The notes under the pieces were generated by a model. It was not told the origin of the DNA and did not search any database. It saw only the letters and a program-made list of their open reading frames with translations. From the human T2T-CHM13v2.0 reference genome, Homo sapiens: a DNA stretch of 64,000 bases. Shown here piece by piece: positions 1 to 32,527 of this stretch (position 1 is the first letter of the stretch; every line of letters starts with the position of its first letter). The stretch lies in assembly GCF_009914755.1 (NCBI RefSeq), contig NC_060930.1, one strand, 5' to 3'. The translations under genes were made by a program, and so were the position numbers.

Positions 1-32
1 GGGATTACAAGCATAAGCCACCATGCCTGGCC

Positions 33-195
33 AGATCTTACACAATTCTTGTTAGGTTTACTCCTAGGTATTTGATATTTTTTGATACTATTATAAATAG
101 CATTCTGTTTTAAATTTAATTTTGCAATTGTTTGTTGCTAGTGTATACAAATATACCTTATTTTTATGTATGACTTTGAGTCCTTTCACCTTAAC
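33..195 (-). mobile_element. Old L1 ORF2 fragment, inverted relative to its continuation at 1852
   Basis: Reverse complement reads ...TATACACTAGCAAC...AAATACCTAGGAGTAAACCTAACAAGAATTGTGTAAGATCT, L1 RT-region-like. Confidence 0.75.
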
Positions 196-197
196 TT

Positions 198-1946
<1,749 letters not shown>

Positions 1947-2159
1947 TTAGGTAACTCAGTACTAAAAAGACATCCATTCTCCCTAATTGTCATATAGATT
2001 CAACACAATTCCTATAAAAATTCTCAGCCAGGCACGGTGGCCCACACCTGTAATCCTAGCACTTTGGAAGGCCGAGTTGGGTGGATCATGAGGTCAGGAG
2101 TTCGAGACCAGCCTGACCAAGATAGTAAAACCCCATCTCTACTGAAAATACAAAAATTA

Positions 2160-2303
<144 letters not shown>

Positions 2304-3356
2304 TTAAAAAAAAAAAAAATTCTGGCAGTTTTTTGGAAAGAAGTCGGCAAAACGATTCTAAAGTGCATATGAAAATGAAAAGGATGTAAAATAGCAAAAA
2401 AAAAAAACTTGAAAAAGAACAGAGTCAGAGGATTTATATAACCTATTTTTAATATTTAATATAAGATGACAGCAATCAGTGTGTGGTGGCACTCGCCTCC
2501 TCCCAGCTACTTGGGAGGCTGAGGCACGAGAATCGCTTGAACCCAGAAGGCGGAGGTTGCAGTGAGCCAACATTGCGCTACTACACTCCAGCCTGGGTGA
2601 CAGAGGGAGACTCTGTCTCAAAGAAAAAAAAATGGTAACCAGGACAGTGTAACATTTGTGTAAGTATACATTAATGGATCAATGGAACAGAATAGAGAAC
2701 CCAGAAATAGACCCACACTTCGTGGTTATTTTCAACAAAGACACCAGAGCAATCCAATGAAGACAAGTGCTTTTTAACTAATGGTGCTGGAATAAAGGGT
2801 ATCCATATGGACAGAAAGGAACCATGACTCCTACCTCACATCATACACAAAGATTAATTCGAGATGGATTATAGACTTTAACATAAAACTAAAGACTTTA
2901 GACTATAGACTTTAACATAAAAACCAAAACCAATACTTCTGTGGAAAACATAGGCCGTCTTCATGACTAAAAGGTAGAGGAGGACATAGGAAAACCCTGT
3001 CTCTACAAGTAATTTTTTTTTAATTAGTCGGCCATGGTGGTGTATGCCTGCGGTCCCCAGCTACTCAGAAGGCTGAGGTGGGAGGATCACTCAAGCCTGG
3101 GAGGTCGAGGCTGCTATGAACTATGATCATACCACTACACTCCAGCGTGGGCAGTGAGCTATGATTGTAGCAATGCACTCCAGCGTGGGCAACAGAAAGA
3201 CCTTGCTTCCAAAAAACAGGTAGATGAGGCCAGGCATCGTGGTTCACACCTTTAATCCCAACACTTTGGGAGGCAGAGGCAGGAGGATTGCTTGAGGCCA
3301 AAAGTTCAAGATTTGCCTGGGCAATATAGGAAGAACGCACCTCTACTAAAAATTTA

Positions 3357-3641
<285 letters not shown>

Positions 3642-3873
3642 TCAAAAAAAAAAAAAAAAAAAGGAGGCTGAGGTGGGAGGATCACCTGAGCCAGGGGAGC
3701 TGGAGGCTGCAGTGAGCTGAGATTGTGCCACTGCACTCCAGCCTGGGTGACAGAGTAAGCTCTTGTCTCAAAAATCTCGTCTCAAAAAAAAAAAATCGGG
3801 GCTAGAGGTGGTGGCTCACACCTGTAATCCCAGCACTTTGGGAGGCCTGAGGCAGGTGGATCATTTGAGGTCA

Positions 3874-4131
<258 letters not shown>

Positions 4132-4261
4132 CTACTCAGGAGGCTGAGATGGGGGGATCACTTGAGCCCAGGAGTTTGAAACTACAGTGAGCCACTTCAT
4201 TCCAGCTTGGGTGACAGAGCAAGACCCTGTCTCAAAAAATACATATATTTAATTTAAATTA

Positions 4262-4411
<150 letters not shown>

Positions 4412-4566
4412 TTAAAAATTATCCAAGTGTGGTGGCGCGGGCCTGCAGTCCCAGGTACTCAAGAGGCTGAGAAGGGAGGATCGCTTAATCTCAAGGGATC
4501 CCAGGAGGTCGAGGCTGCAGTGAGCCACTGCACTCCAGCCTGGGAGGCAGAGCAGGACCCTGTCTC

Positions 4567-4570
<4 letters not shown>

Positions 4571-4620
<50 letters not shown>
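4571..4620. repeat. (CA)25 microsatellite in an Alu tail
   Basis: Direct reading. Confidence 0.97.
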
Positions 4621-4624
<4 letters not shown>

Positions 4625-4790
4625 AACAAAAGAATACCCAAAACAATCTCCAATAAGAACAAAGCTGGAGACTTGACTTGTATTTAAGACTTATTCTAGG
4701 CCAGGGACAGTGGCTCACACCTGTAATCCCAGCACTTTGGGAGGCCAAGGCAGGAAGATCACTTGAGCCCAGGAGTTCAAGGCCAGCCTA

Positions 4791-5069
<279 letters not shown>

Positions 5070-5294
5070 TCAGTGAAACAGAATAGAGTCCAAAATTGAT
5101 CCACACTTACATAGTCAATTGATTTTTGACAAAAATGCTAAAGCAAATCAATGAGGAAGGGAAACTATTTCAAAAAATGGTGCTAGAACAACTGGATATT
5201 CATGTGGAAAAATAATGAACCTTGACTCATGCATCACACTATACACAAAAATTAATTTGGGATAGATCATAAATATAAATATAAAAGTTAAAAC

Positions 5295-6196
<902 letters not shown>

Positions 6197-6274
6197 AAAC
6201 TGTGAAGAGTTTGGAAGAAACCATAGAATATTTTCAGGACTTGGGGGTAGGCAAAGATTTCTTAGCAGGACTCA

Positions 6275-6601
<327 letters not shown>

Positions 6602-7061
6602 CTATACGATAAATTAGGCCAGGCCCGTTGGCTCACGTCTGTAGTCCCAGAACTTTGGGAGGCCAATATCGGTGAATCGCTTGAGCCCAGGAGTTTGAGA
6701 CCAGCCTGGGCAACATGGTGAAACCCCGTCTCTACAAAAAATAAAAAATTAGCTGGGTGTGGTGGTGCACGCTTGTGGTCCCATCTACTTAGGGGGCTGA
6801 GGTGGGAGGATCACTTGAGCCCAGGAGGCTACAGTGAGCCATGATTGCACCACTGCACTCCAGCCTGGATGACAGAGCAAGATCCTGTCTCAAAAAAAAA
6901 AAAAGAGAAATATGATAAATTAGACTTTATCAAAAATTTAAAATTCTGCTAATCAAAAGATATATTTAAGAAAACAAATAGGCCAGGTGCGATGGCTCAA
7001 GCCTGTAATCTCAGCACTTTGGGAGGCCAAGGCAGGTGGATCACCTGATGTCAGGAGTTCA

Positions 7062-7316
<255 letters not shown>

Positions 7317-7346
7317 TCACAAGAGTTATTACTAACAAAGGACTTA

Positions 7347-8036
<690 letters not shown>

Positions 8037-8396
8037 TTAGCCAGGCATGGTGGCATGTGCCTATAGTCCCAGCACTTGGGAGGCTATAGTGGGAGGATTG
8101 CTTGAGCCCAGGAGGTTGAGGCTGCAGTGAGCTGTGATCACACCATGTACTCCAGCCTGGGCAACAGAACAAGACTCTGTCATAAAAAAAAATAAGTGTT
8201 TTAAGCCACTAAGTTTCTGATAATTTGTTGCAGCAGCAATAGGAAATGAATGCACCCAGCAAAAATGAAAACATATGCTGACAAAAAGATGTGGAAAATG
8301 TTTATAGCAGGTTTTTTGTTGTTGTTTTGCTTGTTTTGTTTTGTTTTTGTTTTTTTGTTTCTGTTTTTTTTTTTGAGACAAAGTCTCACTCTGTAG

Positions 8397-8537
<141 letters not shown>

Positions 8538-8948
8538 TAGTAAAGACGGGGTTTCAGCATGTTGGCCAGGCTGGTCTTGAACTCCTGACCTGAGGTAATC
8601 TGCCCGCCTCAGTCTCCCAAAGTGCTAGGATTACAGGCATGAGCCACTGTGCCTGGCCAGCAGTTTTATTCATAGTAGCCAAACAACATACATGTCTGTC
8701 TGTGATGGTGGGGGGATTAACTGAGAAGAGAGAGGAGAGAATGTTACGGGAAAGTAAAATATTTTGGCCCGGTGCGTTGGCTCACACCTGTACTCCCAGC
8801 ACTTTGGGAGGCCAAGACAGGTGAATCACTTGAGGTCAGTAGTTCAAGACTAGCCTGCCCAACATGGTGAAACCCCATCTCTACTAAAAATACAAAATTA
8901 GCTGGGTGTGGTGGCATGTGCCTGTAATCCCAGCTACCTGGAGACTTA

Positions 8949-9573
<625 letters not shown>

Positions 9574-10598
9574 GGGGTATGAGTTACATGGTTGTATCCA
9601 TCATCAAAGGGTAGAGTTAAAATTTGTGTATTTCAATGTCAGTTTGACTCAAAAATGCCTGTATAAAAAATGAATAAACAGACCGGGTGCGGTGACTCAT
9701 GCCTGTAATCCCAGCACTTAGGGAGGCCAAGGCGGGCGGATCACTTGAGGTCAGGAGTTTGAGCCCAGCCTGGCCAACATGGTGAAACCCGTCTCTACTA
9801 GAAGTACAAAAATTAGCTGGGCGTGTTGGCAGGCACCTGTAATCCCAGCTACTTGGGAGTCTGAGGCAGAAGAATTGCTCAAACCAAGGGGGTGGAGTTT
9901 GCAGTGAGCCAAGACTGTGCCATCACAGCCTGAGCGACAGAGTGAGACTCTGTCTCAAAAAAAAAAAAAAAAAAAGAATCAACAAACTGTGGGCTGGATG
10001 CAATGGCTCATGCCTGTAATCCCAGCGCTTTGGGAGGCCAAGGTGGGCGCATCACTTGAGGCCAGGAGTTCGAGACCAGCCTGGCCAACACGGTGAAACC
10101 CTGCCTCTACTAAAAATACAAAAATTAGCTGGGCGTGGTGGCGGGAGCCTGTAATCCCAGCTACTCAGGAGGCTGAGGCAGGAGAATCACTTGAACCCAG
10201 GAGGCGAAGGTTGCAGTGAGCTGAGATCGCATCACTGAACTAGAGTGAGACTTCATCTCAAACAAACAAACAAACAAACAAAAAAACCCTGTAATATATC
10301 CATATAACATAATACTACTCAGCAATAAAAAGGAACAAACTATTGATGCATGCAACATAATAGATGAATCTCAAAACACCATGCTGAGCAACAGAAGCCA
10401 GTCCCAAGAGTACATATGATATGATTCCACTTATCTGACATTCTAGAAAAGGCAAAATTATACTAAAGACCAAGAAGGGTGTTTGCCAGGGGGTTGACCA
10501 CAAAGGGGCAGCATGTGACACTTTTTAGGGTGATGGGAAAGCTCCATTGCTTCGCTGTGATGTATATCTTTTTATCAAAACTCAGAACTCTGTATCTA

Positions 10599-10928
<330 letters not shown>

Positions 10929-11197
10929 TTATACCTCAATAAACCTGACTTAAAATAATAATCAAATTAGGGGTGGGGAGTGGACGTAGGTATCAATGTA
11001 ACAAGAATGGCAGAGGCCGTGCCTGTAGTCCCAGCTACTTGGAAGGGTGAGGTGTGAGGAGTTTGAGTACAGCCTGGGCAATACAGTGAGACTTCATCTC
11101 AAAACAAACAAAAAAGGAATGGCAGAATGCTGATGACTATTAAAGCTCAGTGATGGGTACACTATGGTTTATTATACTTTTTTTTTTTTTTTAATGA

Positions 11198-11356
<159 letters not shown>

Positions 11357-12304
11357 TAGTAGAGACGGGGTTTCTCCAGGTTGGTCAGGATGGTCTCGAA
11401 CTCCCAACCTCAGGTGATCCGCACCCCCTCAGCCTCCCAAAGTGCTGGGATTACAGGTGTGAGTCACTATGCCTGACCTTGGTTTATTATACTTTTATGT
11501 TTATTTTATATGTTTGAAGTTTTCCATACTAAATATTTTTTATTTTAGTGGAAGGGGAAATCTCTGTGTGATGGAGGCAAAGATGTCAAAGAGTCAGTTG
11601 ACTGTTCAGCCTCCCAGTGTACTTTTTACACATTAATAAATGGATGCCCGTAGATTCTCAAACTGACCTTCTGCTTTTCACACACTTAAATTAACTAGAA
11701 CTTAAACTATTTCCTTTGACATTTCTTGCAGATACTCTTCAGAATTTCTTACTCTCATTTGATTTGTAACTTTCATACATTTTGCCCCATTTTGAGGCCT
11801 CCTTAATTCCCTCAGCTTGGGTATCCTCTCTCATTTAATATTTCTTCATTTTTAAAGATGCCCTTTTCCTCACAATGGGCTCTTTGATATGTCAGTAAAC
11901 CATGCAGGGCTTATTTCTCAAGTGACTGTTCTCTTGGTCTGGTGCCATGCATTTATCACGGGCTTCCAATAAAGCACTTTTCAATAGAAATGGGCTCCCT
12001 GCTTTCTATGGGCTGTAACTTCTTAAACAATTCCTTTCATTCCCCCCCTACTGCCCTGATTCTGTCCTAGTTTCCCTTTCAAAAACTGAGCAATCAAATG
12101 ATGGATTTTTGTCCCCTCCCTTTCCCGGTAGCAGCCTGAATGTGTATTGTAGTCACCACTGACCAAGTGGCTTACCCATGAGCACTCGCTGCCCCGGTGT
12201 GATCACTGCGCAGACCCAATCCAGCCTACAGTATTCTGCAGTGTGGGGTCAAGTATTGCCCAAGCATCCAGCATTCTTGGTTGTGTCAGTCCTCACCTCC
12301 ATAT

Positions 12305-13140
12305 TGCTTTTAAGTTTTATTTATAATTGTATATGTTTACGGGTTACAGTGTGATGTACATATTGCAGAATGATCAAATTAGGCTGATTAGCATGTCCAT
12401 CCCCTCAAATATTTATCGTTTCTTTGTGGTAAGGACATGTAAAATCCTCTCTTTTAGCTATTTTGAAGTATACAATACAGTATTATTAACTAGAGTCACT
12501 GTGCTATGCAATCAAACACCAAAACTTATTCCTATCTAACTGAAACTTTGTACCCGTTGACTAATATCTCCCCTTTCCCCGTCCACTGTGTGCCTCCCAC
12601 CTTCGTATTGTTCACTGGCTCATGATCACCTGTGGGATAAAATCCAAACTCTTCATGCCTATTACAATGGCTAAAATGAAAAGACTGGTCAGACCAAGTG
12701 TTGGTGAAGATGAGAAGCAACTGAAACTCACATACTGCTGGAGGGAGCGTAGAATGATGCTGCTACTTTGGAAAGCAATTTGGCAGTTCCTCTAAGTGTT
12801 AACCATAGAGTTACCACATGACCCAGCAACTTCACTCCTAGGTATATACCTAAGAGAACTGAAAACACATGTCATCACAAAAGCTTGTACACAAATGTTC
12901 ACAACATTAGTCACAATAGCCAAGCACTGGAAACAATCCAAATGCCCAAGCATAAGTAAATGGATAAGCAAATCATGGTATAGCCACACAATGGGATGCT
13001 ACCCGGCACTAAGAAGGAACTACTGATGCACACAGCACTGATGAATCTCAAAACAATTATGCCAAAAGAAGTTGGACTAAAAAGAATGCATACCGTATTA
13101 TTCCATTTATATAAAACTCTAGAAAATGCAAACTATCCTG
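12305..13140. mobile_element. Old L1 3'-end fragments (minus about 12305-12600; plus about 12655-13140)
   Basis: L1M 3'UTR motifs, e.g. GACCCAGCAACTTCACTCCTAGGTATATACC. Confidence 0.65.
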
Positions 13141-13546
13141 ACAATGCCTAGCGTCAATAGGCCCACACTGCCCTGCAGGAGGCCCACCCATGCCAGGCAC
13201 CAAGTAAGAAGTGTTCTAGTGAGCCCTTGTGTCTACAGGGCTACATGTCTACAGGGCTACCTCCTCAAAAACAAGTCTCTTATGGGATCTTTATTTTTTA
13301 TTTATTTATTTATTATTATTATTATTTTTTTGAGCCAGGGTCTCTCACTCCATCGCCCAGGCTGGAGTGCAGTGGCGTGATCTCGGCTCACTGCAACCTC
13401 TGCCTCGTGGGTTCAAGTGGTTCTCCTGACTCAGCCTCCTGAGTAGCTGGGATTACAGGCATGCACCAACATGACTGGCTAATTTTTTCTATTTTTAGTA
13501 GAGACGGGGTTTCACCAGGCTGGCCAGGCTGGTCTCGAACTCCTGA

Positions 13547-14017
<471 letters not shown>

Positions 14018-15287
14018 TGAGACTTAAAACTGTTGTTGGCACTGGCTGCAAGGGGATTCTGGTTTTCAGGGAAGGGGATTTGTGTCCCTATCAGGAAGTT
14101 TGTTAAATTAGGAAAAGGTATCTTCAGCCAGCAGCTTCCAAAATCCCTTGAAAAACCCTTTGGTAGTAGTAGTGGTGGTCGGGATTATCTGATGAACCAT
14201 TGGGCTGGTGGGTAGATTCGAGGCTATGGTGCACCTGGAGACCAACCCTGGAAGATGGGTTAAACCTCTTCAAAGCTTTCCCTGAGTGATGGCTGGGCCC
14301 ATACAGCCACCCCTGTCCCTTTTAACCTTCTCCAAGTGACCTCCTCAGGCACGTGTAGTGGGACTTGAAATGTTCCTTTTTAGCTTCACTTGAAAAAATA
14401 AAAGAACTTAATTTTTTGACATCAGCCAGTTTCATAACCTGACATTTTTATTTTCCAGTAAAACTTCTTCAAGATGCCCTGACTAGTCTCACCCCTCCCT
14501 GACCCCACAACTCACCTCTGGGCCACTTGAGCCTTCATTCATTTCTCTTGCCCTACACTTCCCTAGAATTCAGTCTGGACACGATTTACCACTTATGGAA
14601 TAGTTGTTGTTCTGGATTCAATGTATAGCTTTGGTTTTGTTTTCCCAACTCGACTGTCAGGTGGTTAAGGGCAAACTTTGAGCCTTGTTTCTCAGAGCTC
14701 TTATTAGCAATGATCCTTGAGCAGCTAATGAATGATTATTGATTGGAAGGTATGTTTTAACCTACCAAGGTAGGGACAGAGCTGGCAGGCACCAAGATCC
14801 ACTTCTACCTGCATGTTTTTATTCACATGCTCTTTTATAGATTCCTCGGGTTTCCCCAGAGTCCATGGGTGATCTTGGAGTATGTATTACGGAACTAATT
14901 TGAATCACGAGGAAAGAAGTTGGCAAAGAGCCCTAGCTGAAAAAGTAACATTTTAGGGCCAGAAAATCACTAAGATCGTAGAGGAAACCTATTGACTAGC
15001 TGGCCTCAGTGGGAAACAGAAAGGCAGGAGCTACTAACATTTCACAGTGGAATCCAGGTTAAACAATCACAAAGCGTGTGAACATGGGCAAACCACTTGA
15101 CATCACTCAAGCCAGCAGAAAAATTGGATAAAAAGCAATCTTTGAAATGAGCCAAGGCCGTGCTGAAACAAGCTTCCCCAAACACTGCTTCTTTCTGCCA
15201 AAGCAAGCTTCTATTTTATTGGTGGCTCAGACTCCAAAGTTCACTTCCCAGGACTAACAGTTAAGTGCATATTTGGAGTTGTCATCA

Positions 15288-15314
15288 GCTGCCACCTCGT
15301 GGTCTACATTACAA
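15288..15314 (-). promoter_or_regulatory. Candidate CTCF site (reverse orientation)
   Basis: Minus strand TGTAAT-GTAGA-CCACGAGGTGGCAGC: core match plus an upstream U-motif-like hexamer. Confidence 0.55.
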
Positions 15315-16329
15315 CTGCCTATCAATACTGAAGGTGGTTTAGAATTCTGTGTTGTTTAGAATTATCATCAATCTCATTTGACCAATTTTTTAAATTTTTT
15401 TTTTTTTTTTTGAGATTGGGTCTCACAATGGATGGTTTCGAACTCCTGGGCTCAAGTGATCCTTCTGCCTCGGCCTCCTGAGTAGCTGGGACTACAGGTG
15501 TGTGCCACGGTGCTCAGCTTCATGAGACCAGTGATTATTATTGAGTCTTGCTCTGTCGCCTAGGCTGGAGTGCAGTGGGGCACAATCTCAGCTCACTGCA
15601 ACCTCTACCTCCTGGACTCAAACGATCCTCCTGACTCAGCCTCCCAAGTAGCTGGAACTACAGGTGAGCACCACCATGCATGGATGATTTTTTTTTTTTT
15701 TTTTTTTTTTTTTGTGGAGACAGGGTTTCACTGTGTTACCCATGCGGGTCTTTAACTCCTGGACTCAAGTGATCCGCCTATCTTGCCCTCCCAAAGTGCT
15801 GGGATTAAAGGTGTGAACCACCATGCCAGGCCCCATTTAACCAATTATTGTCCATTTGTACACAGTGCTTACCCCACAGTACTACACAAATATGATTCCC
15901 AAGTCCCCGGAACCCATAAGATGCACTTCCAATTAGCTACCAGCTTTTCTGGCTGAAAACATTACCTTGGGCCTGTCTTGAGCCACTGGTTGGTTCAGAG
16001 CTGGTATCTCAAATGCTTTAACCACCTCCATCCCAGTAACTTGTATTTACTGCAAGCAGATAGTCATGGTGACTGATCTGCAAGCCAAGGTTGGTGTCCT
16101 GCCCAGCAAAAGTCCACAGGATTGTCACAGCTCTCACTGGCATTGTGCCAGGTATATGTTTGCAGTCCCTTTCCTGTACCATGGTAAGATCACACTTGAT
16201 CACCGGAAAACTGTATACACACCTCTAGTCCATTTAGTCATGCCATAAGATGACGGATCACCACTCTGAGTCCAAGGAAAACTACAACTCATTCCTTCCT
16301 TAAAGGAACCCTGGATAGCAAAGCTCCTA

Positions 16330-16623
<294 letters not shown>

Positions 16624-17279
16624 CTAGGCGAAGAGCTAGACTTCATCACAAAAAAAAAAAAAAAAAAAAAAAAAGAATTTCAGATGACTTTCAAATGTTT
16701 TGGTCCTTTTCTGAGACAGGGTCTTGCTATGTTGCACAGGCTGGTCTCAAACTCCTAGCCTCAAGCAATCCTGCCTCAGGCTCCTGAGTAGGCGTTAGCC
16801 ACTTTGAACAGTGGTTTTTGTGCATTGTTTTCTCCCTTGATTCTTGTCAACAAACGCTGAGCCTTGAAGACTTAGATTAGTAACGTTGGCCTAAACACCA
16901 TTCCTGTGCTTCTTCTCCATAAATTGAAGGATTCCAAGTGCACCATTTCCTTGGTCGTTACCTTTCATCCTCCCTCCCCAGTACTTCTTATAGTTCCTGA
17001 CAGCAGGCACAAATCACGACTCCAGGCCAACCAGCAATTTTCCCACCATGCTGAGCTGAGGCAGCATGGCTGGTCTAAAGAAGGGACCCAGTTTTCCAAC
17101 TGCAGCACCATATGGGACACCACTCTGCAGGGAGGCACTGCCTAGAGAAAGCAGGGCACACGCCAAAGCCAAGTACAGCAGCAGCCGGTGTCACCCAGGA
17201 CAATGACAACTCCCCAAACCAAGCCTGTACTGCCCCATTTACATTCTGACACTTAAACTGTTCCTGTTCAGGCTGCACA

Positions 17280-17329
17280 ATGCAAACAAAATGGACAAAA
17301 GATTAAGGTTTTTTGGCTGTAAGTTTATT
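17280..17329 (-). terminator. RPS10: RPS10 polyadenylation signal, cleavage region and downstream U/GU-rich element
   Basis: AATAAA at 17329-17324, 25 nt after the stop; likely cleavage about 17315-17309; followed by TCTTTTGTCCATTTTGTTTG. Confidence 0.9.
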
Positions 17330-17354
17330 CAATGCAAAAGAATCCTCTCCAATT

Positions 17355-25195
<7,841 letters not shown>

Positions 25196-25379
25196 TCAAC
25201 TCCACAAAACAGATTCGGCAGAGGCCAGCTCCGTCAGTCCCCACCCCCAAACACAATTCAGGTGGAAAAGTTGACAGTATGTTAAAACCAGGATAGTGGT
25301 GCACATTCGCGCCAAACTTCCTTAAGTTCTCATCAATTACAAAGGTCAATGGGGGGGAGAGGAGCAAACCCTGTATTAT

Positions 25380-26160
25380 CGGGAGCAGTTGGAGGCCATC
25401 AGCGACCGTACCCAGCGCGGAATCTCGCGGCTGTACCATAAGGTACGCAGGGAAGGCCCGGAGGGGTAAAGCCCCGGCTTCTTGAAGGCGGCAGACCCCA
25501 AACCAAAGGGCTAAGGCCTTCGCACCCTCGTCTCCTACCTACCACTTCTCCCCCAAACTAGAGCTCCAGTGCCAGGCAAGGAGGCAGTCGGGGGAGTCCT
25601 GTTCCCAAGAAAAAAGCGTGTCGGTGGGACACCGTCTCGCTAGTCTCACCTGGCAAGTCTCCGCCACGCACTGGCTTCATCCTCCCCCTCTCCCTCGGAC
25701 AATCTTCGCCTACCAGCGGCCCCCTACCCCATAAAATAAGCCTCCAGCCCCTATCGCTACTCAGAAATCGGTGTGTGGGGAGTGGGAGAGAGGCCCCCTG
25801 CCCGCATCCTGGGGAGAAGCAGCCGCTAAGGCGGCAGGATAGCCCGGATGGGAGCCGATGGAACTCGAACGCCACAGAAACTCACCTCTGCGGCTGCAGG
25901 GTCCGGTACCGGGGCTGGAAAAGAAGGAGCATGCGCGGTGCTGCGTCTCTTCCGGGCTGGCGTGGACCCGCCCCCCGCCAGGACCCGCGGGGAGCCTGGG
26001 GTGGCCTCGGCGGTGCCTGAAGAACTGGCGGATCTGACCACGGAGCCTGACCGCCTGAGGGACTCACGCACGCACTAGGAAACCGCCGCCGGGAACTTCT
26101 GAGCTTGCGTGCTCTATCAGTACAGGGTCACTTATTTTGGGCTGTCGTTTTAGAAACGCT
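25380..26160 (-). promoter_or_regulatory. RPS10: RPS10 CpG-island promoter (TCT initiator, ETS/GABP site, GC box, NRF1-like site)
   Basis: CpG-rich stretch; TTCTTTTCC TCT-type motif with +1 near 25923; CCGGAAG at 25955-25949; GC boxes 25967-25979; GCATGCGC at 25929-25936. This is the usual ribosomal-protein promoter layout. Confidence 0.88.
25886..25929 (-). other. RPS10: RPS10 non-coding exon 1 (5'UTR with 5'TOP pyrimidine tract)
   Basis: Minus strand reads CTCCTTCTTTTCCAGCCCCGGTACCGGACCCTGCAGCCGCAGAG|GTGAG; 13-nt pyrimidine tract (25929-25917) and a consensus donor after 25886. TSS uncertain by a few nt. Confidence 0.93.
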
Positions 26161-26374
26161 TCTTCTTTTTTTCCCGGCCAAAATCTATTATGCAAGTGAT
26201 ATATGCTCTTGGAGCAAGAAAAGAGAGAGAACATATAAATCAGATGACGATAAAAGACTAAAAACATAATCCCATCAACCAAAGAAAATAGCTATTAACA
26301 TTGTGGTATACACTTTTCCAAATTCATATGCACTCACACAAGTAGACTTTTTTTTTTTTTTAATAAAAAACAGA

Positions 26375-28830
<2,456 letters not shown>

Positions 28831-29286
28831 AAAAAAACAGACAACAAGACTAAACAATAGATTTGACATACTGACACACTTGAAAAGTCAGTGAGATTAA
28901 AAGTAGAAATGAAAATATATATACAGATAGACACAATGTAGTCCAGAGACTGAAAGAGAATATTTGATTGATTTTTAGTTGTTGTTTTTTTAATACAGGG
29001 TCTCCCTTTTTTTGCCAAGGCTGGAGAGCAGTGGCACAGTCACGACTCACTGCAGCCCCGACCTTCAGGGCTCAAGCCATCCTCCTGCCTCAGCCTCCCG
29101 AGTAGCTTGGTCTACAGGTGCACACCACCACACCCAGCTAAAGAGATGGAATATTTGAAAGCAAGGATGAGACATGAGTGATAGAGTTAGAAAGTCTAAT
29201 AGATGTCTAGGTGAAGTCTTATAAGAAAATAATAGAGAAAGGAAAGAAACACTGTCAGAGTATTTTCCAGAATTATTGGAAGACAA

Positions 29287-29950
<664 letters not shown>

Positions 29951-31010
29951 GGAAGATCTTAAAAGCAGCCAGTAAGAAAAGACAGGTATGACTGCCCACT
30001 TCCCAGCAGCAACGATGGAATGCAGTCAACTGAAATATGGTCTCCCAGATTCTCTTCTCTTCCTAGAGCCATGGCGATCCTGCTGCAACATCAGACCATG
30101 TCACTTCCCTGTTTAAATCCCGCTAATGGCTCCCCAGCTCACTTGAAAAAATACTCAGTCCTTTTTTTTTTTTTTTTTTGACAGAGTCTCACTCTGTCAC
30201 CCAGGCTGGAGTGCAGTGGCATGATCTCAGCTTAAGCAATTATTGTGCCTCAGCATCCCAAGTAGCTGGGATTACATATGTGCCACCAAGCCCAGCTAAA
30301 TTTTTTTTTTTTTTTTGGTATTTTAATAGAGACAAGGTTTCTCCATGTTACCTAGGCTGATCTTGAACTCCTGAGCTCAATGGATCTGCCCACCTCGGCC
30401 TCCCAAAGTGCTGGGTTTACAGGTGTGAGCCACCATGCTTGGTTGACTTCCTTTTTTTTAATATATCTTTTATCCTCCTGGAATGTTCTCTGATGTAAAA
30501 CATTTTCCCTCCAAAGGGTTAGCCAGTATCTCAACACCATTTCCCCAATGAGCTATGCTTCTATTTATCTGAAATACCACTAAATTGTTTATGAGAGATG
30601 AATTCAGTTTTAGATTTTGTTGCATTTGAGGTTCCCATGAGACACACTGGTGCAAATGCACAGTATAATTTTAGATAAAGGGTTCTGAATGTGTCCTGTG
30701 GAAGAGAGCTGGGTTAGATGAGGAAAGGGCATCATCTAAGACCTTGTGAGGTTCTGAGGTCACCTAGAAAGGATAAGGAGTGAGGAGGAGACAAGGAGGA
30801 GCTCCACAGCACTGCCCAGCTCACCCTGGAATGATAGGGTTCCCTTAGTGTCTCCATCCTGGATGGCACCTCCCTGAGGTCAGGGACCATGGCTTCCCCT
30901 CTCTCAGTGTCCTTTCTAGCATTTAGCATGGTGTCTCATATGTTCGTTAATAAATGTTTCAAAATTAACAGTAACCTCATGGCAAGTGGAGGAAACAAAA
31001 GATGATGACT

Positions 31011-31523
31011 TGCTGAGAGCAGCTTGGTCGGGGAGACCCTAACCCAGCGGCGCTAGAGGAATTAAAGACACACACACAGAAATATAGAGGTGTGAAGTGG
31101 GAAATCAGGGGTCTCACAGCCTTCAGAGCTGAGAGCCCCGAACAGAGATTTACCCACGTATTTATTAACAGCAAACCAGCCATTAGCATTGTTTCTATAG
31201 ATATTAAATTAACTAAAATTATCCCTTATGGGAAACAAAGTGATGGGCCAAATTAAATGAATAGGTTGGGCTAGTTAACTGCAGCAGGAGCATGTCCTTA
31301 AGGCACAGATCGCTCATGCTATTGTTTGTGGCTTAAGAATGCCTTTAAGCGGTTTTCTGCCCTGGGCGGGTCAGGTGTTCCTTGCCCTCATTCCCGTAAA
31401 CCCACAACCTTCCAGCGTGGGTGCTAGGGCCATTATGAACATGTTACAGTGCTGCAGAGATTTTGTTTATGGCCAGTTTTGGGGCCGGTTTATGGCCAGA
31501 TTTTGGGGGGCCTGCTCCCAACA
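31011..31523 (-). mobile_element. Solo MER9 LTR (HERV-K9/HML-3)
   Basis: TG...CA ends, perfect 6-bp TSD ATGACT (31005-31010 / 31524-31529) typical of class II ERVs; resembles recalled MER9. Confidence 0.88.
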
Positions 31524-32059
31524 ATGACTAAGGAAGGAAGGGAATAATACTATCTCTGCCATTACCAAAGCCTTCTGAGATGCCAGCACTTCATGGAGTT
31601 CGCCGAATTCCATTCCGCACTTAGGCACTGGGTCCCTAGCCCTGGGCCAGATGATGGGGCTGACTGGGGACATGAGCACACAGGGATCCCATGACAAGCA
31701 ATGTATACTTCTGTCATGTGCTGAGAGCTACGGAGAAAATGATCAGCCTGTGGTGATGGAGAGTAATGGGGAGTGAGGAGGTGATGTTTGATCTGAAACC
31801 TACAGAGAACTGAGAGGAGAACTGGGAAGGGGGAACAGGGCCTCTGAAGGGCCCCGATGCAGGAAAGAGCTTGAGCTGAAAGGCAGCCAGGATGATTAGG
31901 ACATGGTAACAAGGCGAAGCTGGACCGCACATCGACCTCAGGAAGGCATCAGGATTTTATTCAAAGTGCAACAAAAAGCCGTGGAAAGGTTTCAAGCAGT
32001 AGTGACAGGATTCAATGTATCTTTTAAAGAGATTACTTTTATTTATTTATTTATTTTGA

Positions 32060-32527
<468 letters not shown>

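Noticed and set aside
12796-13026. ORF with L1-like peptide (IELPHDPATSLLGIY...)
   Set aside because: Decayed L1 ORF2 C-terminal remnant, not a gene.
13230-13260. Small tandem duplications (also about 2870-2921, 3120-3192, 51845-51871, 58635-58656)
   Set aside because: Ordinary slippage products with no sign of function.
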